The notes beneath the pieces were generated by a model. The model did no database searches and was not told the origin of the DNA. It worked only from the letters and a program-made list of their open reading frames with translations. From the human T2T-CHM13v2.0 reference genome, Homo sapiens, in NCBI RefSeq assembly GCF_009914755.1, contig NC_060934.1: a DNA stretch of 64,000 bases, one strand, 5' to 3'. Made by a program: the position numbers and the translations under genes. This document shows, piece after piece, positions 47,966 through 64,000 of this stretch (within the stretch, counting starts at the first letter, position 1; the number at the start of each line of letters is the position of its first letter).

Positions 47966-48339
47966 TAGGGTTGCCAGATTTAGCAAATACAAATACAGAA
48001 CACCCAGTTAAATTTGCACTTCACATAAATGATGGCTACTATTTTAGTATAAGTATGTCCCATGCAATATTTGGTCCATACTTATAGTAAATGGTTATTT
48101 GTTGCTTACCTGAAATTCAAGTTTAGGTGAGAGTCATGCATTTTATTTATTTATTTATTTTTTGAGACAGGGTCTCACTCTGTCATCCAGGCTGGAGTGC
48201 AATCGTACGATATAGGCCCACGGCAGCCTCTATCGCCCAGGCTCAAGGGATTCTCCTGCCTCAGCCTCCCAAAGTGCTGGGGTTATGGGTATGAACCACT
48301 GTGCCTGGCCCTAGTTGTGTATTTTATCTGGCAAACCTA
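47966..48339. mobile_element. MER53 (hAT-type MITE) interrupted by an Alu monomer (48141-48310, - strand)
   Basis: Terminal inverted repeats TAGGGTTGCCAGAT / ATCTGGCAAACCTA; central palindrome TAGTATAAGTATGTCCCA...TGGTCCATACTTATAGTA. Confidence 0.88.
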
Positions 48340-49229
48340 CCTATGATGCAGAAAATGTTAACTTTTCCATAGCCAGCCGATCTCTCCTGCCGTGTCTCCC
48401 AGCCACTCTATGTAGGGGAGGATGAAGAGAACATGTGCCCCTCATATATTTCCTTTCTGACACGTCCTCTCAAACCTTTTATCTCAGCCTCTTTTATGCT
48501 CAGGGGCTTTGGGGTGAAAAAGACCAAGCTCAGGTACTGTGAGCCTCCCATTGTGCCCAGGCTCTTTCAGCTTGGACACAAGTTCTCACAGGATTAATCT
48601 TCCTCTTTTTCTAACCACCCAGTATTTATTTCCTAACTCCTCTTACCATCCATGAGAAACAAAACAGAGTTCAAGGCCCAAATATATGTAGGACCTGAAA
48701 TCCAGCTGGAACCTACCTGGTTCAAGCTTGGGCTATTAGAATAATCAAAAACTGTTCAGGTAATAGTGTTTAATTCCTTTAATTCCAAGAGTTAATTCCA
48801 TAAAAACCAAGCAAGCAAAAAACCCCCAAAATCTAAATTCAACTCCCTATTCTTCGTGAACACCTCTCATGTAATGCCTAAGGAGGGAATTTGTGACTTA
48901 AATATTTATGATTTTATTTCCTTTGGTATTTGCTTTGGGAACAAAGTTACACTGTCCCTGTACAGGAAAACCCTGATTCTGTCCTAGAATATTTGCTCTG
49001 CCCCGAGTTTTCTGCCATGTTGCTAACAAACATCGGATGAATTCGACTTAGTTCCTCAGGGAGTTATAAATGGAAGTATGCACAGGCTGCAAATGCTCAC
49101 TGCTCAGCATTCATTTTCAAGCTCTTCTGGACACACAAAACACGTTTTATTTTTTTTTCTAAAACACAAGAAATATATACTTTATGGGGTTTAGATTGGA
49201 GCTGCCTGCTATTATCTTTTTTAAAAAAT

Positions 49230-49546
<317 letters not shown>

Positions 49547-49817
49547 CAAAAAGTTTAATTTTAAACATTTTTTTATGAAAAAGAAAAAAACTACTTTATG
49601 ATAAATTTAAATATATAGATTAGATTTTAAATACATACATAGATTAAGCGGGCAAATTTCCAGAAAAACACAGTCAATAAAATTGACTTAGAAATGGAAA
49701 GCCTGTATACATTTTAAACTTGAAAATAAATAGACCTATAATTTAAAGTCTATCCATTCAAAACCCACTAGGCCTATATGGTTTAACAGATTATCTCTAC
49801 CAAGCTTATTTTAAACA

Positions 49818-50124
<307 letters not shown>

Positions 50125-51053
50125 ACCTCCTTCCAAGAAACGTTATATGGGGCACTCTTATATGGGGGTTGCCATGATTCAGGACCACAGAAAACTGTCT
50201 TATTTAAAAGTCAATAAATGAAAGTACGTCGGCATAGTGTGGAAACAAAAAGAGGAAAAAAAGTCAATAAACATGTTTTTCCTCAACTTGGCTTTCTTCC
50301 CTTTGGTTAGGTCCCCTGACCCCTTCCTCCTTCTTATCTCTGCGTCTTCATGCATGCTAAGCATGGAATGTCCTCACCGCGCCTTCCCATTCCTAGTAAC
50401 CCAACCTTATCATCTGTATAGAGACCCCCAGCAAGCCAGAGCCTTCCAGAAGGTGCCTTTCAGGAACCCACAGCTCTGCCATCGTTCCTGTCCTCTGAAT
50501 GTAGTTAGTTTACTATTATTGACCAGAGAGAGGGACCTTGTTTTTATAGGACTCTCAAATATTTGTTTCCTGTCCTGGTCTTAACACACACACATACCCC
50601 CACCCCAGAATCCCAAAGCCCAGCATGTTGGATGAGATGTGTGGCGGTATTCTGTGCTAATGCTTGGAATCTGTGCTCGGTCATGAAGAGTCTTGGGTTT
50701 TCTTTCAGAAAGTTCACTGAGCTTTCTCCAAGCAAATCAGTCAAGCTTTCCTTCTTAACACCTTTACCTCAAAGGCCAGAAGTATTGATTCTCCTAATTG
50801 TATGCTACATTGCATCACTGGACTGCGGCTAGTTATTATTATTATTTTTGCTACCAGTCAAGGATTCTTGTAGTTTCAAGTTTTGTTACATCTCCTTATT
50901 TCTCTTTTTATTTCTTGTTCTTAAATCTCATTCAGGGAGGAAGCTGGCTCAGGCAAGAAGCGGGTAACAATATTTAATTGGCTCTAAAATGCCATATGCA
51001 TTTTAAATATGCTTTAAAAAAGGTGTAGCAGATAACTCTTTTTTAAGAAAATA

Positions 51054-51442
<389 letters not shown>

Positions 51443-52323
51443 CTAAACTCAGCTTGAGCCTGCAGAGCCACAAAAGTACTGAATGAGACAATTCAACTCT
51501 TACTCTCTCAAAAACTGTGAACACAGCCTAGGGGAGAGACCTCTCCACCCATGTACTCAGGAACCATTTATTTAGAATAAAAAGGGTGTGAGGTATAGCG
51601 GCTGAAACACAGAATTAGACACCTGTAACTTCTAATTCTGGCTCAGACACTGACTCTGGCCTGAGGGAGCTCACTTAAAAACTGCCTCAGTTTCCCTATC
51701 TGTAAAGTGGGAATTATAACTGTAGTCACCAGGGCAGGGCTGTGACTTAATTAGCTAATGATCGCAAAAGGCTTTGAAGAGGCTCATAGAAGCTGCGGTT
51801 GAAGGATAAGATGATTATTAGGTGGACCACATCACCAGGCAGCCGGCCCTGGGGAGACTGATGGGTTTGGAATCATCTCTTGATGTCCACAGAAGTTGGG
51901 ATTCAAAACACCAGGGCCCTGGGGAAGACTGACACATGCTGCCACCTGGTTAGACAGAGATCAGCAAACTGCAGCTGTTTCTCTCTCGTGAAATCACAAG
52001 AAATGGTGCTCAATCCTGGCAGGCAGAAAGGAGGTGAGGGGGAACCTGGGGCCAGGCCGACGGCTTGGGATGGGCAGAGAAAGGCCATATTGGTGATATT
52101 GAACAAATGCTCATTCCATACCAAGGCAGCCAGAAAGGGAGGAAAGACAGTTTCTGCCCTCAAAAGATTTGCAGTCTAGTTGAAGTATGAAAATCAACCC
52201 TGGCAGTGTTTCGAGAATACTGTAAGAGCTGGAGGGTTCTCCAGAAGTCAGGAGAGTGGGACACGAGTTGACGGTGACGACGATGGAATGGCACAGAGAT
52301 ATTTCCCTCTTGCTTTTCTCTCA

Positions 52324-52578
<255 letters not shown>

Positions 52579-52787
52579 TTATTGTAAAAGTAACATAGGT
52601 TTGTTTTCATAACATCACAGGGTTTCCTCTCTTAACCTTGCAGACTTCAGCAGATGCTTCCTCCTAGGAAAGTGTTTGTCCTGGGACCTGTGCGGAGACC
52701 AAGGGGGTTGGAAGGAGAAGGAGCTGGCTTGGGAGGTTTTGTCTGCTGGGCAGGCACTGCCCTCCTCTTCAGGTTGGTTGTGAGAGT

Positions 52788-52789
52788 TT

Positions 52790-52833
<44 letters not shown>

Positions 52834-53125
52834 TTGATGGTGTCTTGCTCTGTCGCCCAGGCTGGACTGCAGTGGTACAATCATAGCTCATCGCAGCCTT
52901 CAACTCTTGAGCTCAAGCCATCTTCCTGCCTTGGCCTCCCAAATGGCTGGGACTACAGGTGTGCACCACCATGCCCAGCTAATTTTTGTGGGTTTTTTTT
53001 TTTTTTGTAGAGACATGGTCTTGCTATATTGCCTAGGCTGGTTTTGAACTCCTGGGCTCAAGTGATCCTCTTTCCTTTGCCTCCCAAAGTGTTGGGATTG
53101 CAGGTGCGAGCCACTGGGCCTGGCC
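52788..53125 (-). mobile_element. AluJ-like with (TTTA)n tail
   Basis: Reverse Alu; tail 52788-52835. Confidence 0.9.
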
Positions 53126-53756
53126 TTGAGTGGTTTTCACCTCAAGTTTCTCTTCCCTGCTTTGTTTCTTGGCTGCTAGCTCTCTGGGTGTACGTTTTTC
53201 CCCTCTACAACTGGATACTGGCCTGGGAGAGGCACGCGATGCTGCATGGAGTTGTTTCAGCTTGGGCTGATGCTGTGGGGCCATCATGCTCCCTTCCCTG
53301 TGAGCCTGGAGCGCCTGCAGGAATGTGCCCTGGCCAGCCACGGCCTGCCACTGGGCCTGACCTGGGAATGAGGTTCACCCACCTTACTCCTGCTGGCTGT
53401 GGCCTCAGCCCCAGCCGAGAAACAGGCTGGCGTTTCCTTAGCTCCCACTGCCATTTTACCTCCAGAATCCCATTCATTTCGCTTGGAATATTTTCTGTCT
53501 CATTTCTGCTTCTCTTTCTTCCTGTTTTTGCAAGCAGGCAGCCATGGGCATCAGTCCCTATAAACTGCGTTTTTTCAACACTGAGCTCTGGCGCATTAAT
53601 CTCTGTACAAATTCTGACCCACTTATTCCAGGGCCTGCTGTGTGTCAGAGGCTGAAGCATGCGTCTCCGTAGAACTACTAAGGCGGGCCTTTTAGGAGCA
53701 TCACAGCAATTGTTAGCTAAGAAGGAGTTCTTATAAAGAAATGTACCAACCCAAGT

Positions 53757-54447
53757 CACATACACATACAGACACACACACACACAGAGACAGACACACA
53801 CACACACAGAGACAGACACACACACACAGACACACACACACACAGAGGCAGAAACACACAGACACACACACAGAGACAGACACACACAGACACACATACA
53901 CAGTCACACACACAGACACACACAGAGACATCCACACAGAGACACACACAGAGACACACACAGACACACACAGAGACACACAGACACAGACACACATATA
54001 CAGACACACACACCTGCACACACAGACACACACAGAGAGACACCCACAGACACACACGTAGACATACACAGACACACACACCCACACATACAGACACACA
54101 CAGAGAGACACACACAGAGAGACACCCACAGACACACACATAGAGATACACAGATGCACACACAGAGACACACACAGATGCACACACAGAGACGCATACA
54201 CAGATGCACACACAGAGACACATACACAGATGCACACACAGAGACACACACACAGATACACACACGCCCCCCCCCAACACAGAGACACTCAGGCACACAC
54301 ACACAGTCACACACACAGACACACAGAGACACACACAGACACACACATAGACATACACAGATGCACACACGGAGACACACACACAGAGACACACACGCCC
54401 CCACCCCCCACACGGAGACACACATACAAGCACAGAAAGACCCACAC
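53757..54447. repeat. About 690-bp complex (CA)/(GACA)/(GAGA) low-complexity repeat
   Basis: Continuous interrupted CA runs; source of the VC/HT-rich ORFs. Confidence 0.96.
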
Positions 54448-55458
54448 ACCTATCTTATTCCTTTAATTAATTTCTACCAAATGTGCTTGTTCCAGTGCCA
54501 CTTCTAAATTAAAAACACATTGAAGACAGAGACCCCCTCTCTCTCTTTTTTTTTAAATCACCTTAGAGTGTACACCCAATACATTCACTATTTAATGTTC
54601 CTAAATCTTGCGAGGCAGATACTCTTATCATGACATTTTACGGAACATTGCCAAGGTCAAACAGGTACAAAGGGGCAGATCCAGGACTCAACCCAGGGCC
54701 AGGCCCATGCTCTTGGTTACTATTAACTTTGGAATCTGAGGAATTGCTTTGTATGGCCTCGTCATTGTTTAGATGAGAAAGGGCCCCATGACATGGTGGC
54801 TCTTCTGAGTCTCACAGCGCATTTTCAATCTAGCTGGGACTGGAACCCATGTCTGTTGACTCCTAGTCTAGTGCTCTTGATGATGGAATAATCCACTTTG
54901 CCTCCTACAGGGAACTGGCCTGGGGTCTGTCTGGACACCCTAGAACCTGGTGTGGGGTCACCAATAACATGTCTGCTGCCGTCAAGAGCCTGGCCTAAAG
55001 ACTTTTAGTCATTGCTCTTTGTTGTAAATATTCCCTTTAAAGGGAGGTGGTGTAACAAATAATGACCTCTCTTTCCCACTTAATGACATGCTCCTTTACC
55101 CCATTATCTTTAATGATAGACAGTCACACAGAGACAAGACGTCACCAAAGTCTAGGGAGCATTTGCTCTTCAGGCTTTTCTATCTTTTGGGTTCCCAAAA
55201 AAGTGATGTCTCTGAAAGCCTAAAGGCTGAGTCTTTCAGTGGGACCCTACTCAAATCCTTGAAGCTCAACAGGAGGGCGAATGCCACTGAGCCCTGTTTC
55301 TGACTCGCCCTTCTCTCCTTTGGGTGTTGCTAGACTTGGGATGAGATGTGATGTTGATGAAGTTTGATGCTATTATGGCAGGACCCTTCCAGGCACCACC
55401 TTTCTGGGTTGAGGTTGGGAGGAGGCAGTTAAACAGCAGCCAATATGGTGCTGATTGA

Positions 55459-56010
<552 letters not shown>

Positions 56011-56149
56011 TGAGGGGTAGTAATGCCTCTGAGGTAATCTGGACCTGCCTCCCTTGGCCAGCGCAAGATGGTTTTGCACCAGCATTTTCCAGGAGTTGCG
56101 TAGGCCACTCTTGGATAGCCTCAGTCCACTGACTGGAACACGGATAGCT

Positions 56150-56347
56150 GCAATTTGTCAAGTATTTAGTATGTACAAGGCACTGTGTGTGGCACCTTAC
56201 AGATCATCCCATTTAATCTTCATCACAATTCTGAAAGGTAGTTATTGTTATCTACAAAAGAAAGCTCAGGTTTAGAGAGATTAAGTAATTTACCCAAAGT
56301 TACACAATATATGATAGACTAGGCTTCAACTCCAGGACTTCCTGACC
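56150..56347 (-). mobile_element. MIR relic
   Basis: CATTTAATCTTCATCACAATTCTG...AGAGAGATTAAGTAATTTACCCAAAGTTACACA. Confidence 0.7.
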
Positions 56348-56824
56348 TCACAGCAGCTGCCTCTCCGATTTCACCAGGCTGCATGACAACGCACATCTGA
56401 GGTGACGGGGATCCCTATGCTGTTCCAAATGAGTGGGAAGGCCCTGCTTTTGGTGAAAGGTGGTCTCACATCTGCATCCCCTTGGGGGTGATTTAAAGCC
56501 CATTCCATTTCTTCTGACTCCAGCATGCAGTGTCTTGGTTTCAAAGAAAGAGGCTGAGGCCAAGTTTTACTAGGTCCTCTCTATATTTTCAGAAAGAAGA
56601 GAATGAACAGACATTCATGATCTTGGGTGGACCAGTTTGAATGTCAAGGGCTTTTAAAAGAATTTGCACTAGTGACTTAAAACCAGCTTTATTTTCCAGA
56701 GGACTTAGCCATGTTCTCTAATGTAAAAGTTTTCAGAGGGTGTGGGTTGTCATGGCAACACTCATTTGGAGGCTCTTGAAGAGTAAGCGAGAGCATAGAC
56801 TTTTCTCCCTTGAAGGTATGTAGA

Positions 56825-57515
<691 letters not shown>

Positions 57516-58430
57516 TTACAGATGGGAAAACTGGGAGCAAGGAAGCTTACCGACTGCTCCAGTCCATACAGATGGTAGTGGCGAAGGCAGGGGAGCCACG
57601 TGGACACCAGGAGACCAGGCTCCTGCCAATCTCTGCTACTTCTTGGAGCTCACTTTTCCATGCTGCTTTGACAGTTTATAACTTGAAGATTATTTAATAG
57701 AAAGTTAAACCTAGTTTTGGTAGTAAAATCAACTCCGAAGTATTAGATACCATTTTAAAAAGCTCTGGATTAGAACTGAATTCCAGAAATGGCCCAGGGC
57801 AAAAAATCTTCACTCTGGTCACCAGTGAAAGCCCACCAGAGCAGAAGGCACAAAGGGGAGTCAGGGCAGGGTGGTTAGGGGAGTGGCATCGACTCTGCCT
57901 GCTGGTTTTGGAGAAACAAGATGAATTCTCCATCTCCGCAGCCGTTAAATGGTCACTTGCACACAAACCAGATCCACTTTCTTTCATTTCTAAAAGGGAG
58001 AGCCAGGGAAGAGATAAGAGGCAAAGCTCCCGAGGCCATAGGCGTAAAGCTTTAGCTAGCCTGAATTTTTAGCAGACGTGCGGTCACTCCCCCAGTGGTC
58101 TGATAACAGAGCTTTTACTGTCATTGGCATCCTTTCTAACAGATAGATGATCATTGCCCTGCCGTTTGCTTAATTTTATTTGTGGAAATCTGATTTCAGG
58201 ATGGAGCTTTATGTTGCTTGGATTCCTCTGACAGTGCCTTGTCCTGTCTCTCGTGTGCTGTGTGTGCGATTCCAGCCCTAGCTTGGCAAGGGCTGTGCAC
58301 TGCTCGAGAGAGTCCCCGACTCATCTGTAGTTCAGGGCAAAACTCTGTTTTGAGGTGAACTCCAGTTTAAGATTCAGGGCCATCTTTGGAGGGAGTATAG
58401 TGCCCAGGGGGCAGTCATGTTGTGTATTGA

Positions 58431-58769
<339 letters not shown>

Positions 58770-58793
58770 TGATGTTAAAAAAAAAAAGCGGAG

Positions 58794-59422
<629 letters not shown>

Positions 59423-59951
59423 AGCATGGAGGGAAAGCTTTGAAGGAGAAAAACATAACAAAGGCAAGGCCTGAAGAGTACCCTCTCTAGACTGGAGGGC
59501 AGGAGTGGAGGCAGAGATTGGGAATGGAGTGACCAGGCTTTCTGCCTTACTTTGGAGATGTTTCCACCAAGAACTGAAACTAAACTGCAGGTGTTTTCTT
59601 TGGAGACAGATGGACCCATGACAGATAAAGACATGAATTTCCTAGAGACGTTTCCTGAAGTCCAATCTCTTCAGACATGGCTAACTCTAGGAGAGCTGGC
59701 CTAAAGCTTGGTTGGTGAAATTAAATTTTGAAAGATCTATGTAAATGGTGGCCAAGTTCCATAGAGTGTCTTTGCTTCTCTCATTGTTGGCAACTTCAAA
59801 GAAATCTGAAAAGAGACGGCATTTAATCTGTGGTCACTCATGTCCTTTCATTTGTATCTGCTGATTTAGGAACTTAACTCTCTGGCTTGATGGAGGATGT
59901 GCTTGAAGTTGAGTTTGTAATCTCCTTCTTCAGTCTTAAATAATATGAATT

Positions 59952-60105
59952 TTTATTTATTTATTTACTTTTTTACTTATTTATTTTTTGAGATGGGATT
60001 TCACTATGTGCCCCAGGCTGGTCTTGAACTTCTAGCCTTAAATGACCTTCCTTCCTCTGCCTCATGAAGTGCTGGGATTACAAGTGTGAGTCACCATGCC
60101 CAGCC
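59952..60105 (-). mobile_element. FLAM / Alu left monomer
   Basis: Perfect TSD TAAATAATATGAATT. Confidence 0.87.
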
Positions 60106-61087
60106 TAAATAATATGAATTATTATGAAGAAGAGAAGAATGGAAAAGGAAGACTGTTAGCTTGCTTGGCCTGGGAGAAGCAAAAAGTTTCTTCTACTTAG
60201 ATTCAGGGCAGCACCATTGCCTTAGTGCCCAGGTATGACCTAACGCTGATGCGTCTTCCTTAGCCTGGGACCCACAGACATTTGACCAGGAGTGGGGGAA
60301 TGAGTTGGGTATTGGTCAACAACTTATGGCTAAATTATAAAGTAAAATGGGGCCTGTCTTGAAAATGGAATGAACCAACTTGATTTTCCCTTGAGCCTTT
60401 GAATTATGAAAACAACTTATTGGAAAACGAAGCCAAGCCAAATATACAGTATAATGTTCAAATGTTTGATCATCTATTTATTTCCCATGTATAAGAGAAA
60501 TAAAACTGTTTCAACACCGCTTAAAAATAGGTAGAAAAGTAGCTCATTTAGCCCATCAAAGGCCTGAGCTTATTTATTTATTTCTGTATTAATTTACTAC
60601 CGAAGAAATGGAATTAAATGGTTGTTTTGGCTGTAAATAGACTCAGCCTAAGGATCACACCACCTGCAGCCAGTCTTCTTCTTTAGCAGAGATAATCACT
60701 ACTGAGTGGGAAATTGCCATGTTTGAAATTATTGCTGAAAAAAAAAGTTGGTAAAAGACCACACTTGAGACTCTTCAATCCTATGTCCTTCTCAAAGCTC
60801 CTGGCTGTGTTCATTTATGTGGAGAAAAGTCCTTTAGTGAAACATTCAAAATAACAAACATCAATTAGACTGTGTGCTCATAGGATGTCTTTCATCTTCA
60901 GACCTGAGAGTGCTCTACAAACACTCATTAATCCTTCCAAATGCTGCCGCCAGGTAGGTCCCAGGATCTTCCTTCCCCATGAGAGGGAAGCAGAGGTATC
61001 AGGAAACATTTCTTTCCCCAAATCTTTCACCTTTGTGTGGCGGTGCAGCCATCATTTCAAATGTACAGTTCCCAAACCAGAACATAG

Positions 61088-61489
<402 letters not shown>

Positions 61490-61709
61490 TAATGAGTGGG
61501 AACCTTAACATAGTTTATGCTCTAAAGTAAGACTGTATAAAATAGGACCCAAGGAGATATGCCATATTTTCTGAGATGTATACCATTTTCCATTGAATAC
61601 AGTATTTTATTATTATTATTTTTTACTAAATGCCCATCTCAGAGCAGAATACATTGAATACCTCTATTTCATTGTCTGTTTTCTCTTAATTCTATACACC
61701 CATGTGAGC

Positions 61710-61836
61710 TTGTGCACCTGTGGAGGCTGACGAGAGAAGATCCCTTGAGCCCAGGAATTTGAGGTTACAGTGAGCTATGATCATACCATTGCACTCCAGC
61801 CTGGGCAGCAGAGCAAAATCCCAACTCTAAAAATAA
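61710..61836 (+). mobile_element. Diverged Alu right-arm fragment
   Basis: CTTGAGCCCAGGAATTTGAGGTTACAGTGAGCTATGATC...CTCCAGCCTGGGC. Confidence 0.8.
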
Positions 61837-62389
61837 ATACATTTTACACACACGCACACACACACTGGCTGTATACTTAGTGAAGATACAAATTTGGCTT
61901 TATTTCTGCGAAGACATTAGTGAATTTGGAATCAACCTCTATAAACATTTGCATGCTGAGTGAAGGCCAGCACCTCTGTAGTAAACTCTTCCTTTTGCCA
62001 TAGGATTTTATCCTGCTTCCCTTTCAAAATTTACAAATTTGGAAATTTAGAAATTTCTGCCTGGCCTGCAGTTCACTGGGCTGGTTGGTTTGCGTGTCAT
62101 GTACCTGCCTCACACAGTTAAAATTTCTTCCTGACTCCTTCTCACCTTTTGGAGAAAGAAGGCCAGGATCCAAATTGCCTGAAAGGAGTGGACTGCAATT
62201 AGCTATCGACACAGAATTTTCCTGTAGTTTGTGGAGACTATGAGAGATAGAATCACACGGAGGTCAGAAAGAGCTGCAGGCAGAGTGAGGGAACTCTTAT
62301 TTCCTTATTTTGGCCAATGGCATTGTGAGCCACCCTGCTACCCAAACCGGAAGCCTGGCTGTTGGCCACGAGTCCTTCTCATTCACCTC

Positions 62390-63330
<941 letters not shown>

Positions 63331-63879
63331 TACAATTATATTTCATTGTTTGTAGAAAATGGTTTGGAAATTGTTCTAATGTCATATTTTGTGGAATAAT
63401 ATATTGGTGCACATACTCGTGGATATACATATTTGTGTACCCACATGTATTTGTGTATAGTTTACAATTCCCAAACACGTTTCCATATGTGGTTTTGTTG
63501 GGTTGCACAGCTTCTGATAGAATTGTAGAAAAGTGATGGAAAAAGGTCCCATTAGGCTTTCTTCGGAAACACCAAAAAGAGAAAAACAAAACCTACCCTG
63601 CTTTGCATTGAGAGTCAGTATGATTTGAATGAGCGCCTCCACTGCTTTGCGGGAAACAGTTTTCCCTGCAGCCTGTTCTTTGCATGCTTCTAGACACGCC
63701 TGGTTTACATCACCAACATCTTAGAAGGAACTCATTCAAATCCATCCTGGCTTGACTCTTTTCATTCTCTGGCAAATCCACAGAAACGTGGGTTTTCTTT
63801 AATTCCTTTGGGACTGGGCCATAGACAAAAATGCTCCTTTTAGCCTGTGGTTCATTGCTAGTCTACACTCTTGGTTTTC

Positions 63880-63889
63880 CTATCTATCT

Positions 63890-63935
<46 letters not shown>

Positions 63936-64000
63936 ATCATCTAACATCTATCTTATCTATGTATTATCTCTATCTATCCATCCATTCACCCATCTATCAA
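63880..64000. repeat. (TCTA)n / (GATA)n tetranucleotide repeat, degenerate toward the window end
   Basis: (TCTA)11 perfect core at 63890-63935. Confidence 0.96.

Noticed and set aside
53205-54507. Long Cys/Val- and His/Thr-rich ORFs (up to 230 aa) on both strands
   Set aside because: They are translations of the CA/TG repeat, which lacks stop codons by composition.

Overview
Human (primate) genomic DNA covering the 3' half of GATA3 on the + strand plus about 48 kb of downstream intergenic sequence. The window opens inside intron 3. It contains exon 4 (4893-5038, N-terminal zinc finger), exon 5 (10370-10495, C-terminal zinc finger) and exon 6 (CDS 14634-14918, then a 3' UTR with tandem poly(A) signals at 15761 and 16069). 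Downstream there is no credible protein-coding gene: about 45 Alu copies or fragments, three L1 3' ends, an MLT1 LTR, a MER53 MITE, L2/MIR relics and microsatellites. Almost all other ORF-track entries are repeat-derived or chance ORFs. I found no evidence of a new multi-gene system. Best leads: (1) a dense homotypic GATA-site cluster inside GATA3 intron 5, a candidate autoregulatory element; (2) what appears to be the rs3824662 A (leukaemia-risk) allele in intron 3; (3) the decoy acceptors and latent reading frames behind known GATA3 isoforms and cancer mutants; (4) a local duplication preserving an Alu pre-insertion site; (5) a palindrome-rich templated insertion inside an LTR; (6) a MER53 hairpin with an intact miR-1302-like seed. 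Repeat boundaries and subfamily calls are by eye (about +/-10 bp, looser for L2/MIR). Exon numbers, variant names and literature links are recalled, not looked up.
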